NCBI RefSeq assembly: GCF_036960985.1
Contig: NZ_JBALWD010000016.1
Location: 3,998 to 67,997, forward strand
DNA: 64,000 bases
Origin: Sneathiella sp.
Lineage (GTDB): Bacteria > Pseudomonadota > Alphaproteobacteria > Sneathiellales > Sneathiellaceae
Reading direction: 5' to 3'
This document shows, piece after piece, positions 49,136 to 61,294 of the stretch. The translations under genes and the position numbers were made by a program. The notes below the pieces were generated by a model. The model worked only from the letters and a program-made list of their open reading frames with translations, made no database searches and was not told the origin of the DNA. How positions within the stretch are numbered: the first letter of the stretch is position 1; each line of letters starts with the position of its first letter.

Positions 49136-50146
49136 CTATTCCATTCCAACGTTATATTCGCCGTCACGGGCGGCGCTCGTTAGCTTTGCCCGATGCAGAA
49201 AAGCGGTTTGTGCTGCGCTAACATTTTCTGACTTTCCTTGCCACGCTGCCAACGCTGAACTTTGCAAAGCACGGCCATAAGAATAACTGATTTCCCAAGG
49301 TTGTTTACCTTGCTGGTTCATGAAATTCAGATTTTCCGTTGCCCGTTGCTCAGTCTGTCCGCCAGATAGAAAAACAATTCCGGGAACTGCGGAGGGAACC
49401 GTTTGTGCAAAACAATATAGAGTTTTGTCTGAAATTTCTTCAGCGGCCGCTTGCTCCGGGCAGTCAATACCTGAAATCACCATATTTGGTTTAAGCAGCA
49501 TTTGTTCCAATACAACGCGCTGCTTGTACAGCTCATCGAAAACGGATTTCAAAGTTGTTTCAGTTACGGCATAGCATTCGTCAATAGTATGATCGCCATC
49601 CATCAGAACTTCAGGCTCTACGATTGGAACAATATTTGCTTCCTGGCACAGCGCAGCGTAGCGGGCAAGAGCATGTGCATTCGTGTCTATGCAATACTGA
49701 CTTGGCGCGCCATCCTTAATGGTGATTACGGCGCGCCATTTCGCAAATCTAGCGCCGAGTGAATAATATTCCGAAAGGCGTTCCCGCAGACCATCCAGTC
49801 CTTCAGTGACCAATTCACCATTTGAAAAAGCGAGCGGCTTGGCGCCCATATCTACTTTAATTCCGGGAATAATATCATTTGATTTCAGTAGTTCTGGAAA
49901 CGGCGTTCCTGCGTTGGAAGATTGACGCAGCGTTTCATCATACAAAATGACGCCACTGATAAGGTCTGACGCTCCGTTCGCCGTGAAAAGCAATTCACGG
50001 TAATCGCGTCGATTATCTTCGGTGCTTGTCGTGCCAATGCCATCAAGCCGTTTTGTGATGGTGCCTGTGCTTTCATCGGCCGCAAGGATACCTTTGCTCG
50101 GGGCAACCAATGCCAAGGCAACATCTTCCATATCAAGATCACTCAT
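49136..50146 (-). CDS. Class I fructose-bisphosphate aldolase
   Basis: KGILAADES, FAKWRAV, VPIVEPEV, LKPNMV, FLSGGQ, YGRALQ. Confidence 0.95.
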   Translation of the reverse strand: MSDLDMEDVALALVAPSKGILAADESTGTITKRLDGIGTTSTEDNRRDYRELLFTANGASDLISGVILYDETLRQSSNAGTPFPELLKSNDIIPGIKVDMGAKPLAFSNGELVTEGLDGLRERLSEYYSLGARFAKWRAVITIKDGAPSQYCIDTNAHALARYAALCQEANIVPIVEPEVLMDGDHTIDECYAVTETTLKSVFDELYKQRVVLEQMLLKPNMVISGIDCPEQAAAEEISDKTLYCFAQTVPSAVPGIVFLSGGQTEQRATENLNFMNQQGKQPWEISYSYGRALQSSALAAWQGKSENVSAAQTAFLHRAKLTSAARDGEYNVGME

Positions 50147-50169
50147 GATCTTTTCCTTTTTCAGTTTGT

Positions 50170-51372
50170 TTAAGTTGCGTCGCTATTAAGCGCGAGGACA
50201 CCCGGCAAATCTTTGCCTTCCATCCATTCGAGGAAGGCGCCGCCCGCCGTCGATATATACGTAAATCCGCCAGTTACTCCGGCTTTTGCCAAAGCTGATA
50301 CGGTATCGCCACCGCCGGCAACAGAGATAAGTGTTCCATTTCGAGTTAATGCTTCTGCAGCTTTAGCAACGGCCACCGTCCCATCTCCAAAAGGGTCAAT
50401 TTCGAAAGCGCCCAGCGGACCATTCCAGATTAACGTTTTTATGGTCTTTAGGCGTTCTTCCAACAATGCGACACTTTCCGGTGCGACATCCAGTATCATT
50501 TCATCTGACTTAACATCCTCAACGGACGCTGTTCTGTTCGCAGCACCCGCTCTAAATTCCTTGGCGAGTACGGCGAAAGAAGGCAGTAGGATTTCACAAC
50601 CAATTTTTTCTGCTTTTGAGAGAATCTCGTTGGCGGTATTCGCCAAGTCGTGCTCGCAAAGGGAAGCTCCTACATTAATTCCTTTGGCATTGAGGAAGGT
50701 ATTGGCCATACCACCGCCGATGACCAGACAATCGACTTTTTCAATTAAGTTAAAGAGCAGATCGAGTTTCGTTGAAATTTTTGCGCCACCGACAATTGCC
50801 ATGACCGGCCGCAATGGATTTTCGAGCGCTGAAGAAAGCGCAGTTAACTCCGCCTCAAGGTTCCGGCCGGCGTAGGCCGGCATGATATGTGCAATGGCCT
50901 CCGTCGAGGCATGGGCACGATGGGAGCAGGAAAAAGCGTCATTCACATAGATCTCACCAACTTTTGCCAGCTCCTCAGCGAACGCAACATCATTTGCTTC
51001 TTCACCCGCGTAATACCGCACATTTTCAAGCAGTATGACGCTTCCATCCGGAAAATCTTGGACTTTCTTTTCTGCGTCGGCCCCAACGCAATCATGGACG
51101 AATTCAACGGGACATGAGAGATATTGTGCAAGGCTGGCGGCAATAGGTCGAAGCGACATTTCCGGTACAGGCTGACCTTTAGGGCGACCAAAATGGCTTA
51201 ATAATACAATTTTGGCGCCTTTGGTTCTTAATTCCTGAAGGGTCGGTACAATTCTTTCGATGCGAGTAAAATCGGAAATTTTTCCGTCCGCCATAGGAAC
51301 ATTCAGATCTACACGAACAAGAACAGTTTTACCGTTCGCGTCCAGATCATCGAATGTCTTGAAACCGACCAT
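50170..51372 (-). CDS. pgk: Phosphoglycerate kinase
   Basis: [41 protein letters not shown]. Confidence 0.97.
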   Translation of the reverse strand: MVGFKTFDDLDANGKTVLVRVDLNVPMADGKISDFTRIERIVPTLQELRTKGAKIVLLSHFGRPKGQPVPEMSLRPIAASLAQYLSCPVEFVHDCVGADAEKKVQDFPDGSVILLENVRYYAGEEANDVAFAEELAKVGEIYVNDAFSCSHRAHASTEAIAHIMPAYAGRNLEAELTALSSALENPLRPVMAIVGGAKISTKLDLLFNLIEKVDCLVIGGGMANTFLNAKGINVGASLCEHDLANTANEILSKAEKIGCEILLPSFAVLAKEFRAGAANRTASVEDVKSDEMILDVAPESVALLEERLKTIKTLIWNGPLGAFEIDPFGDGTVAVAKAAEALTRNGTLISVAGGGDTVSALAKAGVTGGFTYISTAGGAFLEWMEGKDLPGVLALNSDAT

Positions 51373-51400
51373 TCTATCTAACTCCGTTTTCTAACTGTAT

Positions 51401-52408
51401 CTAGTTAGCGTTTGACATGGCAATTGCTGTATCGCCCATGCGGTTGGAGAAGCCCCATTCATTGTCATACCAGCTAAGGACTCGAACGAAAGTTCCATCG
51501 ATGACTTGCGTTTGTGTGAGATCAAAAGATGAGCTTGCGGGATGATGATTGAAGTCCATGGAAACCAAAGGTTCACTATTGGCATCCAAAACGCCTTTGA
51601 GACGACCATTTGCAGCTTCAACAATGGCGGCATTGACTTCTTCAACAGAAGTTGCACGACCCGCTACGAAGGTTAAATCGATCATCGATACGTTGGGCGT
51701 CGGAACCCGAACAGAGGTACCATCAAGTTTTCCAGCCAGTTCAGGAAGAACCAAACCAACGGCTTTTGCGGCGCCAGTAGATGTTGGAATTATTGACATA
51801 CCGGCTGCGCGAGCACGGCGCATGTCGGAATGCAGGGTATCAAGGACAGGCTGGTCGCCGGTGAAGGCGTGAACAGTCGTCATAAAACCGTGAACCAGAC
51901 CAACGGAATCGTTTAGAACCTGTGCAACGGGGGCCAGGCAATTTGTTGTGCACGAAGCATTTGAAACAACTGTATGCTCAGCTTTCAACTGGTCATGATT
52001 GACACCAAATACCACTGTCAGATCTGCGTCTGCGCCAGGAGCGGATATAAGGACTTTTTTCGCGCCAGCAGCAAGATGAGCCGCTGCTTTGTCACGTTGC
52101 GTGAAAATTCCGGTGCATTCAAACGCGATATCCACGCCGAGCTCACCCCAGGGCAAATCTGCTGGATTGCGTTCTGCACTTACCTTGATTGGGCCGCGAC
52201 CCAGATCAATACTATCGCCGGAAACAGTAACAGTCCCCGGAAACCGGCCGTGAACACTATCATAGCGAAGAAGATGGGCATTAGCTTCTACTGAGCCGAG
52301 ATCATTAATACCAACGACATCGATATCGGTGCGTCCACTTTCATAGATCGCCCGAAGAATGTTCCGTCCAATACGTCCAAAACCATTGATTGCTACACGA
52401 ACAGTCAT
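51401..52408 (-). CDS. gap: Type I glyceraldehyde-3-phosphate dehydrogenase
   Basis: [25 protein letters not shown]. Confidence 0.98.
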   Translation of the reverse strand: MTVRVAINGFGRIGRNILRAIYESGRTDIDVVGINDLGSVEANAHLLRYDSVHGRFPGTVTVSGDSIDLGRGPIKVSAERNPADLPWGELGVDIAFECTGIFTQRDKAAAHLAAGAKKVLISAPGADADLTVVFGVNHDQLKAEHTVVSNASCTTNCLAPVAQVLNDSVGLVHGFMTTVHAFTGDQPVLDTLHSDMRRARAAGMSIIPTSTGAAKAVGLVLPELAGKLDGTSVRVPTPNVSMIDLTFVAGRATSVEEVNAAIVEAANGRLKGVLDANSEPLVSMDFNHHPASSSFDLTQTQVIDGTFVRVLSWYDNEWGFSNRMGDTAIAMSNAN

Positions 52409-52461
52409 CTTATTCTTACTCCTTATATCAACAGGCAGTCCCGTGACCGCCCATCACTGAT

Positions 52462-54465
52462 TTAAAGTCTTTCTTTCGCAGCAGCGACGATCGCCTCTGC
52501 AGTAATACCGAAATGTTTGTACAAATCTTCTGCCGGCGCACTTGCACCAAAACTATCAATGCCGATGAAACCACCATCAAGGCCCGTATATTTTTGCCAT
52601 CCCATGGAGCAGGCTGCCTCGACCGCGATCTTGACGGTTCCAGGTCCGAGAGTTTCCGTTTTATATGACATATCTTGGGCGTCGAAAAGTTCCCAACATG
52701 GCATTGATACAACGCGTGTTCCAATGCCTTCGGATTCAAGTTTTTTCCGTGCTTCCATGGCAATTGTGACTTCAGAGCCTGTCGCAATGAGTGTCACTTT
52801 CGCGTCGATATTTGCCGGTGAGAGCTCGTAGCCGCCTTTTGCAGATAGATTTTCATCCGTATGAGTGAGGCGCAGAAGCGGCAGGCCCTGCCGGCTGAGC
52901 GACAAAATAGAAGGCGTAGATTTCGCTTCCAGTGACAGCTGCCAGCATTCCGCTGTTTCCACAGCGTCGGCTGGACGGAAAACGTTAAGATTAGGAATGG
53001 CGCGCAAAGAAGCCATATGTTCTATGGGTTGATGGGTTGGGCCATCTTCTCCCAATCCAATCGAATCATGTGTCATAACATAGATGACGCGAAGACCCAT
53101 CAGCGCCGAAAGGCGAATGGCGGGACGTGCGTAATCCGTAAACACCATGAACGTGCCGCCGTAAGGAATAAATCCGCCGTGCAGGGCAATACCGTTCATG
53201 AAGGCTGCCATCCCGAACTCCCGCACACCGTAATAGATATAGCGACCGGAGAAATCGTCCGGTGTTACCGGCAACATATGCGAGGTCTTCGTCAGATTGG
53301 ATCCAGTTAAATCCGCCGACCCACCGACCGTTTGAACGATATGTTCATTAATAACATTCAGCGCTTCTTGACTGGCTTTTCGCGATGCCCAACCGGGGGC
53401 CGTATCGCTCAGCGTTTGCTTATACGTCGCAATTGTCTCGTGGAAATCGGCAGGCAATTCGCCGGACTGACCGGTTGCAAATGCCTGTCGCACTTCTTCG
53501 CTTTGCGCATTAAGGCTTTCTTCCCAAGCAGCCGACAGGCGCGCACCTTTCGTACCAACTGTCCTCCAGCAATCCAGTATTTTCACCGGAATATCAAAAG
53601 CTGCGTGAGGCCACTTCAACTGCGTGCGCGTGAGCTCAATTTCCTCATTGCCGAGCGGCGCACCGTGGGCTGAAGCGGTGCCTTGTTTGTTAGGGGCGCC
53701 ATAACCGATTATGGTCCGGCAGGCAATCATGGATGGCTTGTTGGTCTTGCGTGCGGCTTCGATTGCTTTTTCGATTTGTTCTGCATCGTGGCCGTCGACA
53801 GCTTGCACATCCCAACCAGCGGCTTCAAAGCGTTTACCCTGGTCGTCTGACACAGCGAGGTCAGTCGAACCATCAATGCTGATGGAATTATCATCCCAAA
53901 GAAGCACAAGTTTGCTGAGACCTAAGTGGCCGGCAAACGAAATCGCTTCATGGCTGATGCCTTCCATTAGGCAACCGTCTCCTGCAATGACGTAAGTGTA
54001 ATGATCAACAAGGGCATCAAAGCGGTCTGCCAACATGCGTTCCGCAAGTGCCATGCCTACCGCTGTTGCCAAGCCCTGGCCCAATGGCCCTGTTGTGGTT
54101 TCAATGCCATCCGCATGTCCATATTCCGGATGACCAGCCGTTTTTGATCCTAATTGCCGAAAATTACGGATCTCATCGAGTGTGAGGTCCTTGTACCCTG
54201 TCAAATGAAGGAGCGAGTAAAGCAGGCTTGAGCCATGCCCTGCGGAGAGGACAAATCGATCGCGATCCGGCCAATTGGGTTTAGCAGGGTCAAATTTCAA
54301 AAATTTTGAATAAAGGACGGTTGCTACATCAGCCATTCCCATGGGCATGCCGGGATGTCCGGAATTTGCTTTTTGTACAGCTTCCATGGAAAGGGCACGA
54401 ATGGCATTAGCCATGTCGTTATGTTTTGACGAATTCGCAGACGGCGTAAGCCCGGAGTTGTTCAT
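52462..54465 (-). CDS. tkt: Transketolase
   Basis: [41 protein letters not shown]. Confidence 0.97.
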   Translation of the reverse strand: MNNSGLTPSANSSKHNDMANAIRALSMEAVQKANSGHPGMPMGMADVATVLYSKFLKFDPAKPNWPDRDRFVLSAGHGSSLLYSLLHLTGYKDLTLDEIRNFRQLGSKTAGHPEYGHADGIETTTGPLGQGLATAVGMALAERMLADRFDALVDHYTYVIAGDGCLMEGISHEAISFAGHLGLSKLVLLWDDNSISIDGSTDLAVSDDQGKRFEAAGWDVQAVDGHDAEQIEKAIEAARKTNKPSMIACRTIIGYGAPNKQGTASAHGAPLGNEEIELTRTQLKWPHAAFDIPVKILDCWRTVGTKGARLSAAWEESLNAQSEEVRQAFATGQSGELPADFHETIATYKQTLSDTAPGWASRKASQEALNVINEHIVQTVGGSADLTGSNLTKTSHMLPVTPDDFSGRYIYYGVREFGMAAFMNGIALHGGFIPYGGTFMVFTDYARPAIRLSALMGLRVIYVMTHDSIGLGEDGPTHQPIEHMASLRAIPNLNVFRPADAVETAECWQLSLEAKSTPSILSLSRQGLPLLRLTHTDENLSAKGGYELSPANIDAKVTLIATGSEVTIAMEARKKLESEGIGTRVVSMPCWELFDAQDMSYKTETLGPGTVKIAVEAACSMGWQKYTGLDGGFIGIDSFGASAPAEDLYKHFGITAEAIVAAAKERL

Positions 54466-54877
54466 AGTTGGCTCATCTTTGTTCCACCAGCCACTACATA
54501 TGTTCCTTCAACGTGAATTTGCCGCCTAAATTAAAGGGGTAAATTGGTTGCGTACAATGCTGGTGCCCATTGAGGGTATAGTTACAGTTTACATCCGTAA
54601 ATTGGGTATATTCGGTCATTTTACCAAGCGAAAAACAAACACTTTTAAAATGACAGAACAAACCAGCCTCCAGATGGCACTTTTGGAATCGTGCGGAAGA
54701 TGCCGCCCAATCTTCTTTTCGTCAACTGCTTAGTTGCCGAGGACGCTCGGAATCCTTATAAAAATGACACAACCAATTATGTTGACGGGCCTTATGGCAA
54801 AATCGTATTGTGGAATATGAGGGTTATCACGTAAGTGATGCTAACCAATATGAAAAAACAGGGTAGGGGGCAAGCAG

Positions 54878-55135
54878 ATTAGCGAATCAAGATTAGATGC
54901 TGCTTTATCGCGATTGGAGAAAGCGGCTGTGGCCGCTGTAGATGATCGCAATCAAGGTAGCTTTGATATGGGAGCCGACCAAGCGACTGCTGGTTTGCAG
55001 GCCGAGAATGATGCTTTGAGAGAAGAGCTCAAAGCGATGACTGAAAAATATGAAACTCTGGAGCGCACCGCAGACACTATTTCCGGACGCCTCGATAATT
55101 CAATCAATGAGCTGACCGAAATTTTGGAGCAATAA
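54878..55135 (+). CDS. DUF4164-like small coiled-coil protein upstream of zapA (start codon uncertain: ATT 54878 or TTG 54914)
   Basis: In-frame SESRLDAALSRLEKA precedes the TTG; coiled coil; position immediately before zapA. Confidence 0.7.
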   Translation: MSESRLDAALSRLEKAAVAAVDDRNQGSFDMGADQATAGLQAENDALREELKAMTEKYETLERTADTISGRLDNSINELTEILEQ

Positions 55136-55138
55136 ACC

Positions 55139-55438
55139 ATGGCATCTTTGACAGTTAAGGTAAATGGCAGGGCTTATCCCATCGTGTGCGGTGACGGCGA
55201 AGAAGAGCATTTGGAATATCTTGCGGAATTTGTGGACAAAAAGGTTCAGGACCTATCGGAGTCAATTTCTAATGCAAGTGAAGGGCAATTATTATTGATG
55301 GCTTCTTTACTTATTGCCGATGACCTGTCCCAAGCCTATGAGACGGTTGAAAAATTGCGCGAGGAAACGGGCAGCACAAATACAGATATTCTTGCAGAAA
55401 AAATTGAAGCTATTGCGGATCGCTTGGAAAGCGCTTAA
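55139..55438 (+). CDS. zapA: Cell division protein ZapA
   Basis: VKVNGRAYPIVCGDGEEEHL..LA..VD, LLLMASLLIAD. Confidence 0.93.
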   Translation: MASLTVKVNGRAYPIVCGDGEEEHLEYLAEFVDKKVQDLSESISNASEGQLLLMASLLIADDLSQAYETVEKLREETGSTNTDILAEKIEAIADRLESA

Positions 55439-55450
55439 GTAGGATCGTAG

Positions 55451-55610
55451 AGCTGCACTGGCTTGTGCGTTTGATGAATGATTTCCTGGGGCCAATAACG
55501 AAATCCTGGGAGCTGTTCCCTGATTGGACCCTGGTCCTAACATATCGGCGCCCACCTGACTTGTCAGGCCACAGTGATTTCCACGCATCGACGGCTATGT
55601 TGGTGCAGCT
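55451..55610 (+). ncRNA. ssrS: 6S RNA
   Basis: Terminal stem AGCTGCAC/GTGCAGCT enclosing ~160 nt; canonical location between zapA and the 5-formyl-THF cyclo-ligase gene. Confidence 0.85.
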
Positions 55611-55649
55611 TTTATTATTTTGTACTCCATTTGATAGAAATCATACGAA

Positions 55650-56219
55650 GTGACATTGCTAGCCTCGCAAAAACAGGCCCAGCGTCGGGATGCGCAAAAA
55701 ATACGGGATAGCCTGTCGGCGGATGATGCTGGGAATATGGCGGCTGCTAAATTTATTGCGGCTTTTCCCGTCTCAAATGATAAAATCGTTTCCCTGTATT
55801 GGCCCATCGGCTCTGAATTAGATACCCGGCCACTCTTGACCAAACTCCATGATATAGGTGTGATTTGCGCATTGCCGGTCATTGAAAAAAAAGACCATCC
55901 TTTATCTTTTCGTCTTTGGCGCCCGGAAATGATTTTGCAGCCAGGTCCGTTTAAAGTTCCTGTTCCGCCTGAAACCGCTGACGGGGTCACACCCAACATT
56001 GTCATTACGCCATTGCTTGCCTTTGACGCAGCAGGCTATAGACTTGGATACGGTGGTGGTTTTTACGATAGAACACTCGAGAAATTGCGGAGAAATCGCA
56101 GCTGCGAAGCCATAGGATATGGATATGCCGGTCAAGAGGTTGTGACAGTGGTGACGGATCGATATGACCAACAACTTGATGCTATGGTAACAGAAAAAGA
56201 CGTTAGGATATTTAAGTGA
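55650..56219 (+). CDS. 5-formyltetrahydrofolate cyclo-ligase
   Basis: YWPIGSELD, PLLAFD..GYRLGYGGGFYDRT. Confidence 0.94.
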   Translation: MTLLASQKQAQRRDAQKIRDSLSADDAGNMAAAKFIAAFPVSNDKIVSLYWPIGSELDTRPLLTKLHDIGVICALPVIEKKDHPLSFRLWRPEMILQPGPFKVPVPPETADGVTPNIVITPLLAFDAAGYRLGYGGGFYDRTLEKLRRNRSCEAIGYGYAGQEVVTVVTDRYDQQLDAMVTEKDVRIFK

Positions 56220-57034
56220 AATTTGCATATTTCGGCGATGTCGTCGGTCGCTCTGGCCGAGAAGTTTTAATCGAAAAATTACCTGACATCCGAAAGAGGC
56301 TCAATCTTGATTTCGTCGTCGTTAATGGCGAAAACGCAGCGGCGGGTTTTGGAATAACCGAAAAAATTTCGGAAGAATTTTATGCGGCTGGTACGGACTG
56401 CATTGTCCTTGGTAATCACAGTTTTGATCAAAAGGAAATCATGCCATATCTGGAAAAAGATGCGCGAATTCTCCGTCCAATAAACTATCCGGCAGGGACT
56501 CCGGGTCGGGGATTTAGCGGTTTTAAAACGCGAAGTGGTAAAACAATTCTCGTTATTCAAGTCATGGCGCGACTATTCATGGATCCATTGGATGATCCAT
56601 TTGCAGCCGTAGATAAAATTCTGAAGGCTAACCCGTTGGGCAAGAAATTTGACGCCATTCTAGTTGATATCCATGGTGAAATCACCTCCGAGAAAATGTC
56701 TATGGGACATTTCTGCGATGGCCGTGCCTCTCTGGTGGTGGGCAGTCATACACATGTGCCGACCGCAGATGCCCAGATTTTTCCGGGCGGTACAGCTTAT
56801 CAGACAGATGCTGGCATGTGTGGGGACTATAATTCGGTGATCGGTATGGATAAAGAAGAGCCGTTGCGTCGCTTTACAAGAAAAATACCAGGCGGAAGAT
56901 TTACACCTGCGCTGGGACCTGGCACAGCTTGCGGCGTTTTTGTTGAAACAGATGATAAAACGGGCCTTGCTGGCATGATTTCACCAATCCGGGTTGGTGG
57001 TCGATTAATTGAAATCTGGCCAGATTTAAACTAG
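56216..57034 (+). CDS. YmdB/TIGR00282 metallophosphoesterase
   Basis: GDVVGRSG, NGENAA.GFG, LGNH, DIHGE.TSEK, GSHTHV. Confidence 0.94.
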   Translation: MKFAYFGDVVGRSGREVLIEKLPDIRKRLNLDFVVVNGENAAAGFGITEKISEEFYAAGTDCIVLGNHSFDQKEIMPYLEKDARILRPINYPAGTPGRGFSGFKTRSGKTILVIQVMARLFMDPLDDPFAAVDKILKANPLGKKFDAILVDIHGEITSEKMSMGHFCDGRASLVVGSHTHVPTADAQIFPGGTAYQTDAGMCGDYNSVIGMDKEEPLRRFTRKIPGGRFTPALGPGTACGVFVETDDKTGLAGMISPIRVGGRLIEIWPDLN

Positions 57035-57129
57035 TTAGCAAACTTCGTTAAAAACCACGTGCCTCTCGTGGATGGATCGGCTACAAACGGCACTAACATT
57101 ATATATGTATTACAAATAAGAGACGGAAT

Positions 57130-57882
57130 ATGGCGGGACATTCACAATTTAAGAATATTATGCATCGCAAAGGTGCGCAGGATAAAAAGCGAGCGAAGAT
57201 ATTTGCAAAACATATTCGCGAATTGACGGTTGCAGCGAAATCCGGTCTCCCCGATCCGAGTATGAACCCGCGGTTGCGTACTGCTATTGGTGCTGCTCGC
57301 AGTGATAACATGCCTAAAGACAATATAGATCGAGCCATCAAACGGGCCTCTGGTGAAGGGGATGGCGAAGTTTATGAAGAAATTCGCTATGAGGGTTATG
57401 GCCCTGGAGGCATTGCGGTCATCGTGGAAACGTTGACAGACAACAAAAACCGTACCGCAGCTGAAGTACGTTCGGCTTTCGCGAAATCTGGTGGGGCCCT
57501 TGGTGAAACGGGATCCGTTTCCTTTATGTTTGACCATGTTGGACAAGTTGTTTTCGATGCAACAGAAATTGATGGTGATGAAATTTTTGAAGTGGCGCTT
57601 GAGGCTGGTGCGGAAAATGTTGAAAGCGATGAGCAAATTCACGAAATCACCTGCGCAATAGAAGATTTCAATGATGTACGGGATGCGTTGGAAGAGAAAT
57701 TTGGCGAACCGCAAGAAGCCGGAATAATCTGGAAGGCGCAGAATACGATCCCCGTTGAAACGGAAGAAAAAGCAAACTCCGTTTTTAAACTTGTTGATGT
57801 GCTGGAAGATAATGACGACGTTCAAAAAGTTTCAGCCAATTTCGATATTCCAGCCGATATTATGGAAAAACTCGGCGACTAG
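57130..57882 (+). CDS. yebC: YebC/PmpR family regulator
   Basis: [28 protein letters not shown]. Confidence 0.95.
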   Translation: MAGHSQFKNIMHRKGAQDKKRAKIFAKHIRELTVAAKSGLPDPSMNPRLRTAIGAARSDNMPKDNIDRAIKRASGEGDGEVYEEIRYEGYGPGGIAVIVETLTDNKNRTAAEVRSAFAKSGGALGETGSVSFMFDHVGQVVFDATEIDGDEIFEVALEAGAENVESDEQIHEITCAIEDFNDVRDALEEKFGEPQEAGIIWKAQNTIPVETEEKANSVFKLVDVLEDNDDVQKVSANFDIPADIMEKLGD

Positions 57883-57906
57883 TCTCTGAAAGGAAAATCG
57901 TCAGGC

Positions 57907-58422
57907 ATGCGTTTATTAGGCCTTGATCCAGGACTTCGCCATACCGGGTGGGGGATCATCGAAGTGGAAGGCAATAGTCTTCGTCATCTGGGCAATGGTG
58001 CGGTCGCTTCCGATGGGTCACTTGGACTTTCAGAGAGGCTGGTGCAACTTTACAACGGTATCAATCAAGTTATTATTGACTGGCAGCCAACTGAAGCGGC
58101 CGTCGAAGAAACCTTTGTAAATAAAAATCCGGTTTCCACGTTGAAATTGGGACAGGCGAGAGGGATTGCGTTACTCGTTCCCTCCTTGCATGGTTTAGCT
58201 GTTGAAGAATATGCGCCAAACAAGATCAAGAAATCTGTTGTTGGTGCCGGACATGCTGGCAAACATCAAATTCACGCAATGGTCGGCATGTTGTTGCCGG
58301 GCTGTAAGATTTCCAACGAGCATGCGGCGGATGCGCTGGCAGTTGCCATTTGCCACGCTCACTACGCCGGCAGTAACCGCAGTCTAAAGAAAGCGACTAT
58401 GATGGCAGGGCGCGCGACATGA
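57907..58422 (+). CDS. ruvC: Holliday junction resolvase
   Basis: LGLDPG...GWG, AVEE.F, LKLGQARG, ADALAVAICH. Confidence 0.96.
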   Translation: MRLLGLDPGLRHTGWGIIEVEGNSLRHLGNGAVASDGSLGLSERLVQLYNGINQVIIDWQPTEAAVEETFVNKNPVSTLKLGQARGIALLVPSLHGLAVEEYAPNKIKKSVVGAGHAGKHQIHAMVGMLLPGCKISNEHAADALAVAICHAHYAGSNRSLKKATMMAGRAT

Positions 58423-59045
58423 TTGCAAAACTCACCGGTAAGCTTGATAGCATTGGCGAAGATTGGGCTATCATTGATGTCGGGGGCGTCGGCTATTTGG
58501 TTTTCTGTTCTGCTAGGACTTTACGAGTGATGCCGGAAATTGGTGGAACGGCCGGTTTGCATATTGAAACACATGTTCGTGAAGATCATATTCACTTGTA
58601 CGGTTTTCAGAATGTGGCCGAACGGTCATGGTTCTTGTTGCTGCAAACAGTTCAGGGTGTCGGTGCCAAAGTGGCTCTTGCTTTTCTTTCGCTGTACAGC
58701 AGCGAAGAGCTTACCCAGATTATTGCCGCCGGAGATAAAACGGCTTTGACGCGCGTCAGCGGTGTCGGTCCAAAAGTTGCCAGTCGTGTTGCGACGGAAT
58801 TAAAGGACAAAGTGGCGAAGATGGACCTCGGCCCTGTTGCCTTTGCGGCGCAAGTTTCAAATCCATCCGTGGCAGGCGGAGGCGTGCCACAAGCCGCTGC
58901 AGGCGACGCCGTGTCGGCATTGGTGAATTTGGGTTATGGGCGGGCCGATGCTTTTGGAGCAGTCGCTGCTGCGGCACGTGCCTTAGGCCCTGACGCAACT
59001 GTTGAAACCTTGATCACCGCCGGATTGAAGGAGCTTGCGGCATGA
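58419..59045 (+). CDS. ruvA: Holliday junction branch migration protein
   Basis: [38 protein letters not shown]. Confidence 0.96.
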   Translation: MIAKLTGKLDSIGEDWAIIDVGGVGYLVFCSARTLRVMPEIGGTAGLHIETHVREDHIHLYGFQNVAERSWFLLLQTVQGVGAKVALAFLSLYSSEELTQIIAAGDKTALTRVSGVGPKVASRVATELKDKVAKMDLGPVAFAAQVSNPSVAGGGVPQAAAGDAVSALVNLGYGRADAFGAVAAAARALGPDATVETLITAGLKELAA

Positions 59046-60088
59046 CAGAGGAACGACTTGTCGGCGCCGATCAAGGTGAGCAAGACCTCATTGAAAGCCA
59101 GTTCAGGCCGCAGGTTCTCGATGACTTTATCGGTCAGAAGCAGGTTCGCGAAAATCTGAGTGTCTTCATACAAGCTGCGAAATCACGGGGCGAGGCGCTT
59201 GACCATGTCATGTTCTTTGGACCGCCGGGGTTGGGTAAGACGACCTTGTCGCAGATTGTTGCTCGAGAATTAGGGGTTAGTTTCCGGGCAACCGCAGGTC
59301 CGGTAATTACAAAAGCTGGAGATTTGGCTGCATTACTCACCAATCTAGAAGAAAACGATGTTTTGTTTATTGACGAAATACACAGGTTGAGCCCGGCAGT
59401 AGAAGAAATTCTCTATCCCGCCATGGAAGATTTTCATCTGGATTTGATAATCGGTGAAGGACCTTCCGCGCGGTCTGTTCGAATTGATTTGCCGCCCTTT
59501 ACATTGGTAGGCGCAACGACGCGATCCGGTTTGATCACGACGCCATTGCGCGAACGATTTGGTATTCCGCTGCGTATGAATTTTTACGAACCGGATGAAT
59601 TAAAACTTATTGTGGCTCGTGGCGCTCGCGTATTGGGTGTTAATTTAAGCGAAGACGGGGCCATTGAAATCGCCAATCGCAGTCGCGGGACACCGCGGGT
59701 GGCTGGACGACTTTTACGTCGCGTCCGCGATTTCGCTTCAGTCGCTGGTGCCGATTTGATTGATGCAGTCAAAGCCGACGCAGCCCTCAATCGTCTAGAA
59801 GTCGATAAGCGAGGCCTCGATGCTATGGATCGCCGGTATCTTGGTCGGATTGCCCGTGATTTCGGTGGCGGACCGGTTGGCGTAGAGACGATGTCTGCTG
59901 CCTTGTCTGAGCCGCGGGACGCAATTGAGGATATCATCGAACCATATTTGATTCAGCAGGGCTTTTTACAGCGGACGCCGCGTGGCCGCTTATTAACGAA
60001 AGCCGCTTTTGATCATCTTGGTCTCGCTTTTCCGAAAGAAATAGGTGCCCAGCTAAATCTCATTGAAGAAGACAGTCGAGATGACTGA
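59042..60088 (+). CDS. ruvB: Holliday junction branch migration helicase
   Basis: [35 protein letters not shown]. Confidence 0.97.
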   Translation: MTEERLVGADQGEQDLIESQFRPQVLDDFIGQKQVRENLSVFIQAAKSRGEALDHVMFFGPPGLGKTTLSQIVARELGVSFRATAGPVITKAGDLAALLTNLEENDVLFIDEIHRLSPAVEEILYPAMEDFHLDLIIGEGPSARSVRIDLPPFTLVGATTRSGLITTPLRERFGIPLRMNFYEPDELKLIVARGARVLGVNLSEDGAIEIANRSRGTPRVAGRLLRRVRDFASVAGADLIDAVKADAALNRLEVDKRGLDAMDRRYLGRIARDFGGGPVGVETMSAALSEPRDAIEDIIEPYLIQQGFLQRTPRGRLLTKAAFDHLGLAFPKEIGAQLNLIEEDSRDD

Positions 60089-60569
60089 AGGTGAGATGTT
60101 GGGGATGTTCGTCACAGAGAACGATGTGGTTCGTCATACTTTTCCTGTTCAGGTTTACTGGGAGGATACGGACGCTGGCGGGATCGTTTATTATGCCAAT
60201 TATCTGAAATTTACGGAACGGGCGCGAACCGACATGTTGCGCGGGCTTGGTATCAATCAGCAGCAAATGATGGTTGACGAAGGCGCCAATTTCGTTGTCC
60301 GGTCGTGCGAGATCGAATATCTCCGTCCGGCACGGATGGACGACCAACTGGAAGTTTTGACGACACTGACGGATTTGCGAGGCGCTTCACTACACATGCA
60401 GCAAGATATTCGTCATGGACGTGACATTATAGTGACAACTAAGGTCCGTGTCGCTTGTTTGGGAGAAGGCGGAAGGCCTCAGCGTCTTTCTTCTGCCATA
60501 AATGATAAGTTTAATGCAACATTAGGATCTGCGGAAGATTTTGCGCATTTTTTAGCCAGGGAAGACTAA
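60081..60569 (+). CDS. ybgC: Tol-Pal-associated acyl-CoA thioesterase
   Basis: [26 protein letters not shown]; position before tolQ. Confidence 0.92.
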   Translation: MTEGEMLGMFVTENDVVRHTFPVQVYWEDTDAGGIVYYANYLKFTERARTDMLRGLGINQQQMMVDEGANFVVRSCEIEYLRPARMDDQLEVLTTLTDLRGASLHMQQDIRHGRDIIVTTKVRVACLGEGGRPQRLSSAINDKFNATLGSAEDFAHFLARED

Positions 60570-61292
60570 ATGGAAAACGAAACGATTGTCGTTACCCAAG
60601 AATTGGGGGGCGCAGCCCATGATTTATCTATGGTTGGCCTGTTTTTACAGGCCGATATTGTCGTTCAGATAGTGATGATTGTTCTAATACTTGCTTCTTT
60701 TTGGAGCTGGGCGATCATTATTGATAAAATTATGAGATTTCGGCGGTTAAGCACGGATTGCGATGATTTTGAAAATGAATTCTGGGCGGGCGGCAATCTG
60801 GACGACTTATATCGTCGTGTAGGATCAAGCCCGGACAACCCTTTGGCTATGTTGTTCGCCGCCGCCATGAAAGAGTGGTCGCGTTCAACGGAAAAAGGTA
60901 TCGACAAAAATGCTCATACAGGCCTGCAAGCACGGATCCATCAGGTCATGCGGGTTACCATTGATCGCGAAGTGGAGCGCCTTGAAAAATATTTGGGTTT
61001 CTTGGCGACAGTTGGATCCACAGCGACCTTTCTTGGACTGTTTGGAACAGTCTGGGGCATCATGAACAGCTTTCAGTCGATTGCCGCGACCCGTGATACG
61101 AGCTTGGCGGTTGTTGCTCCGGGTATCGCAGAAGCTCTTTTCGCGACAGCTTTAGGATTAGTCGCCGCTATTCCTGCGGTCGTGGCCTATAACAAATTTT
61201 CCAATGATCTACAGAGAATTATCACGCGACTTGAAGGATTTGCCGGCGAATTTTCGGCGATCCTGTCACGTCAGCTGGATCAGGGCGACTAA
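60570..61292 (+). CDS. tolQ: TolQ
   Basis: LATVGST..FLGLFGTVWGIMNSF, PGIAEAL.ATA.GL. Confidence 0.95.
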   Translation: MENETIVVTQELGGAAHDLSMVGLFLQADIVVQIVMIVLILASFWSWAIIIDKIMRFRRLSTDCDDFENEFWAGGNLDDLYRRVGSSPDNPLAMLFAAAMKEWSRSTEKGIDKNAHTGLQARIHQVMRVTIDREVERLEKYLGFLATVGSTATFLGLFGTVWGIMNSFQSIAATRDTSLAVVAPGIAEALFATALGLVAAIPAVVAYNKFSNDLQRIITRLEGFAGEFSAILSRQLDQGD

Positions 61293-61294
61293 TC

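Noticed and set aside
48466-49140. TPP riboswitch upstream of thiE
   Set aside because: Only 10 bp separate thiE from the aldolase gene; its position after tkt-gap-pgk-fba is a familiar alphaproteobacterial arrangement.
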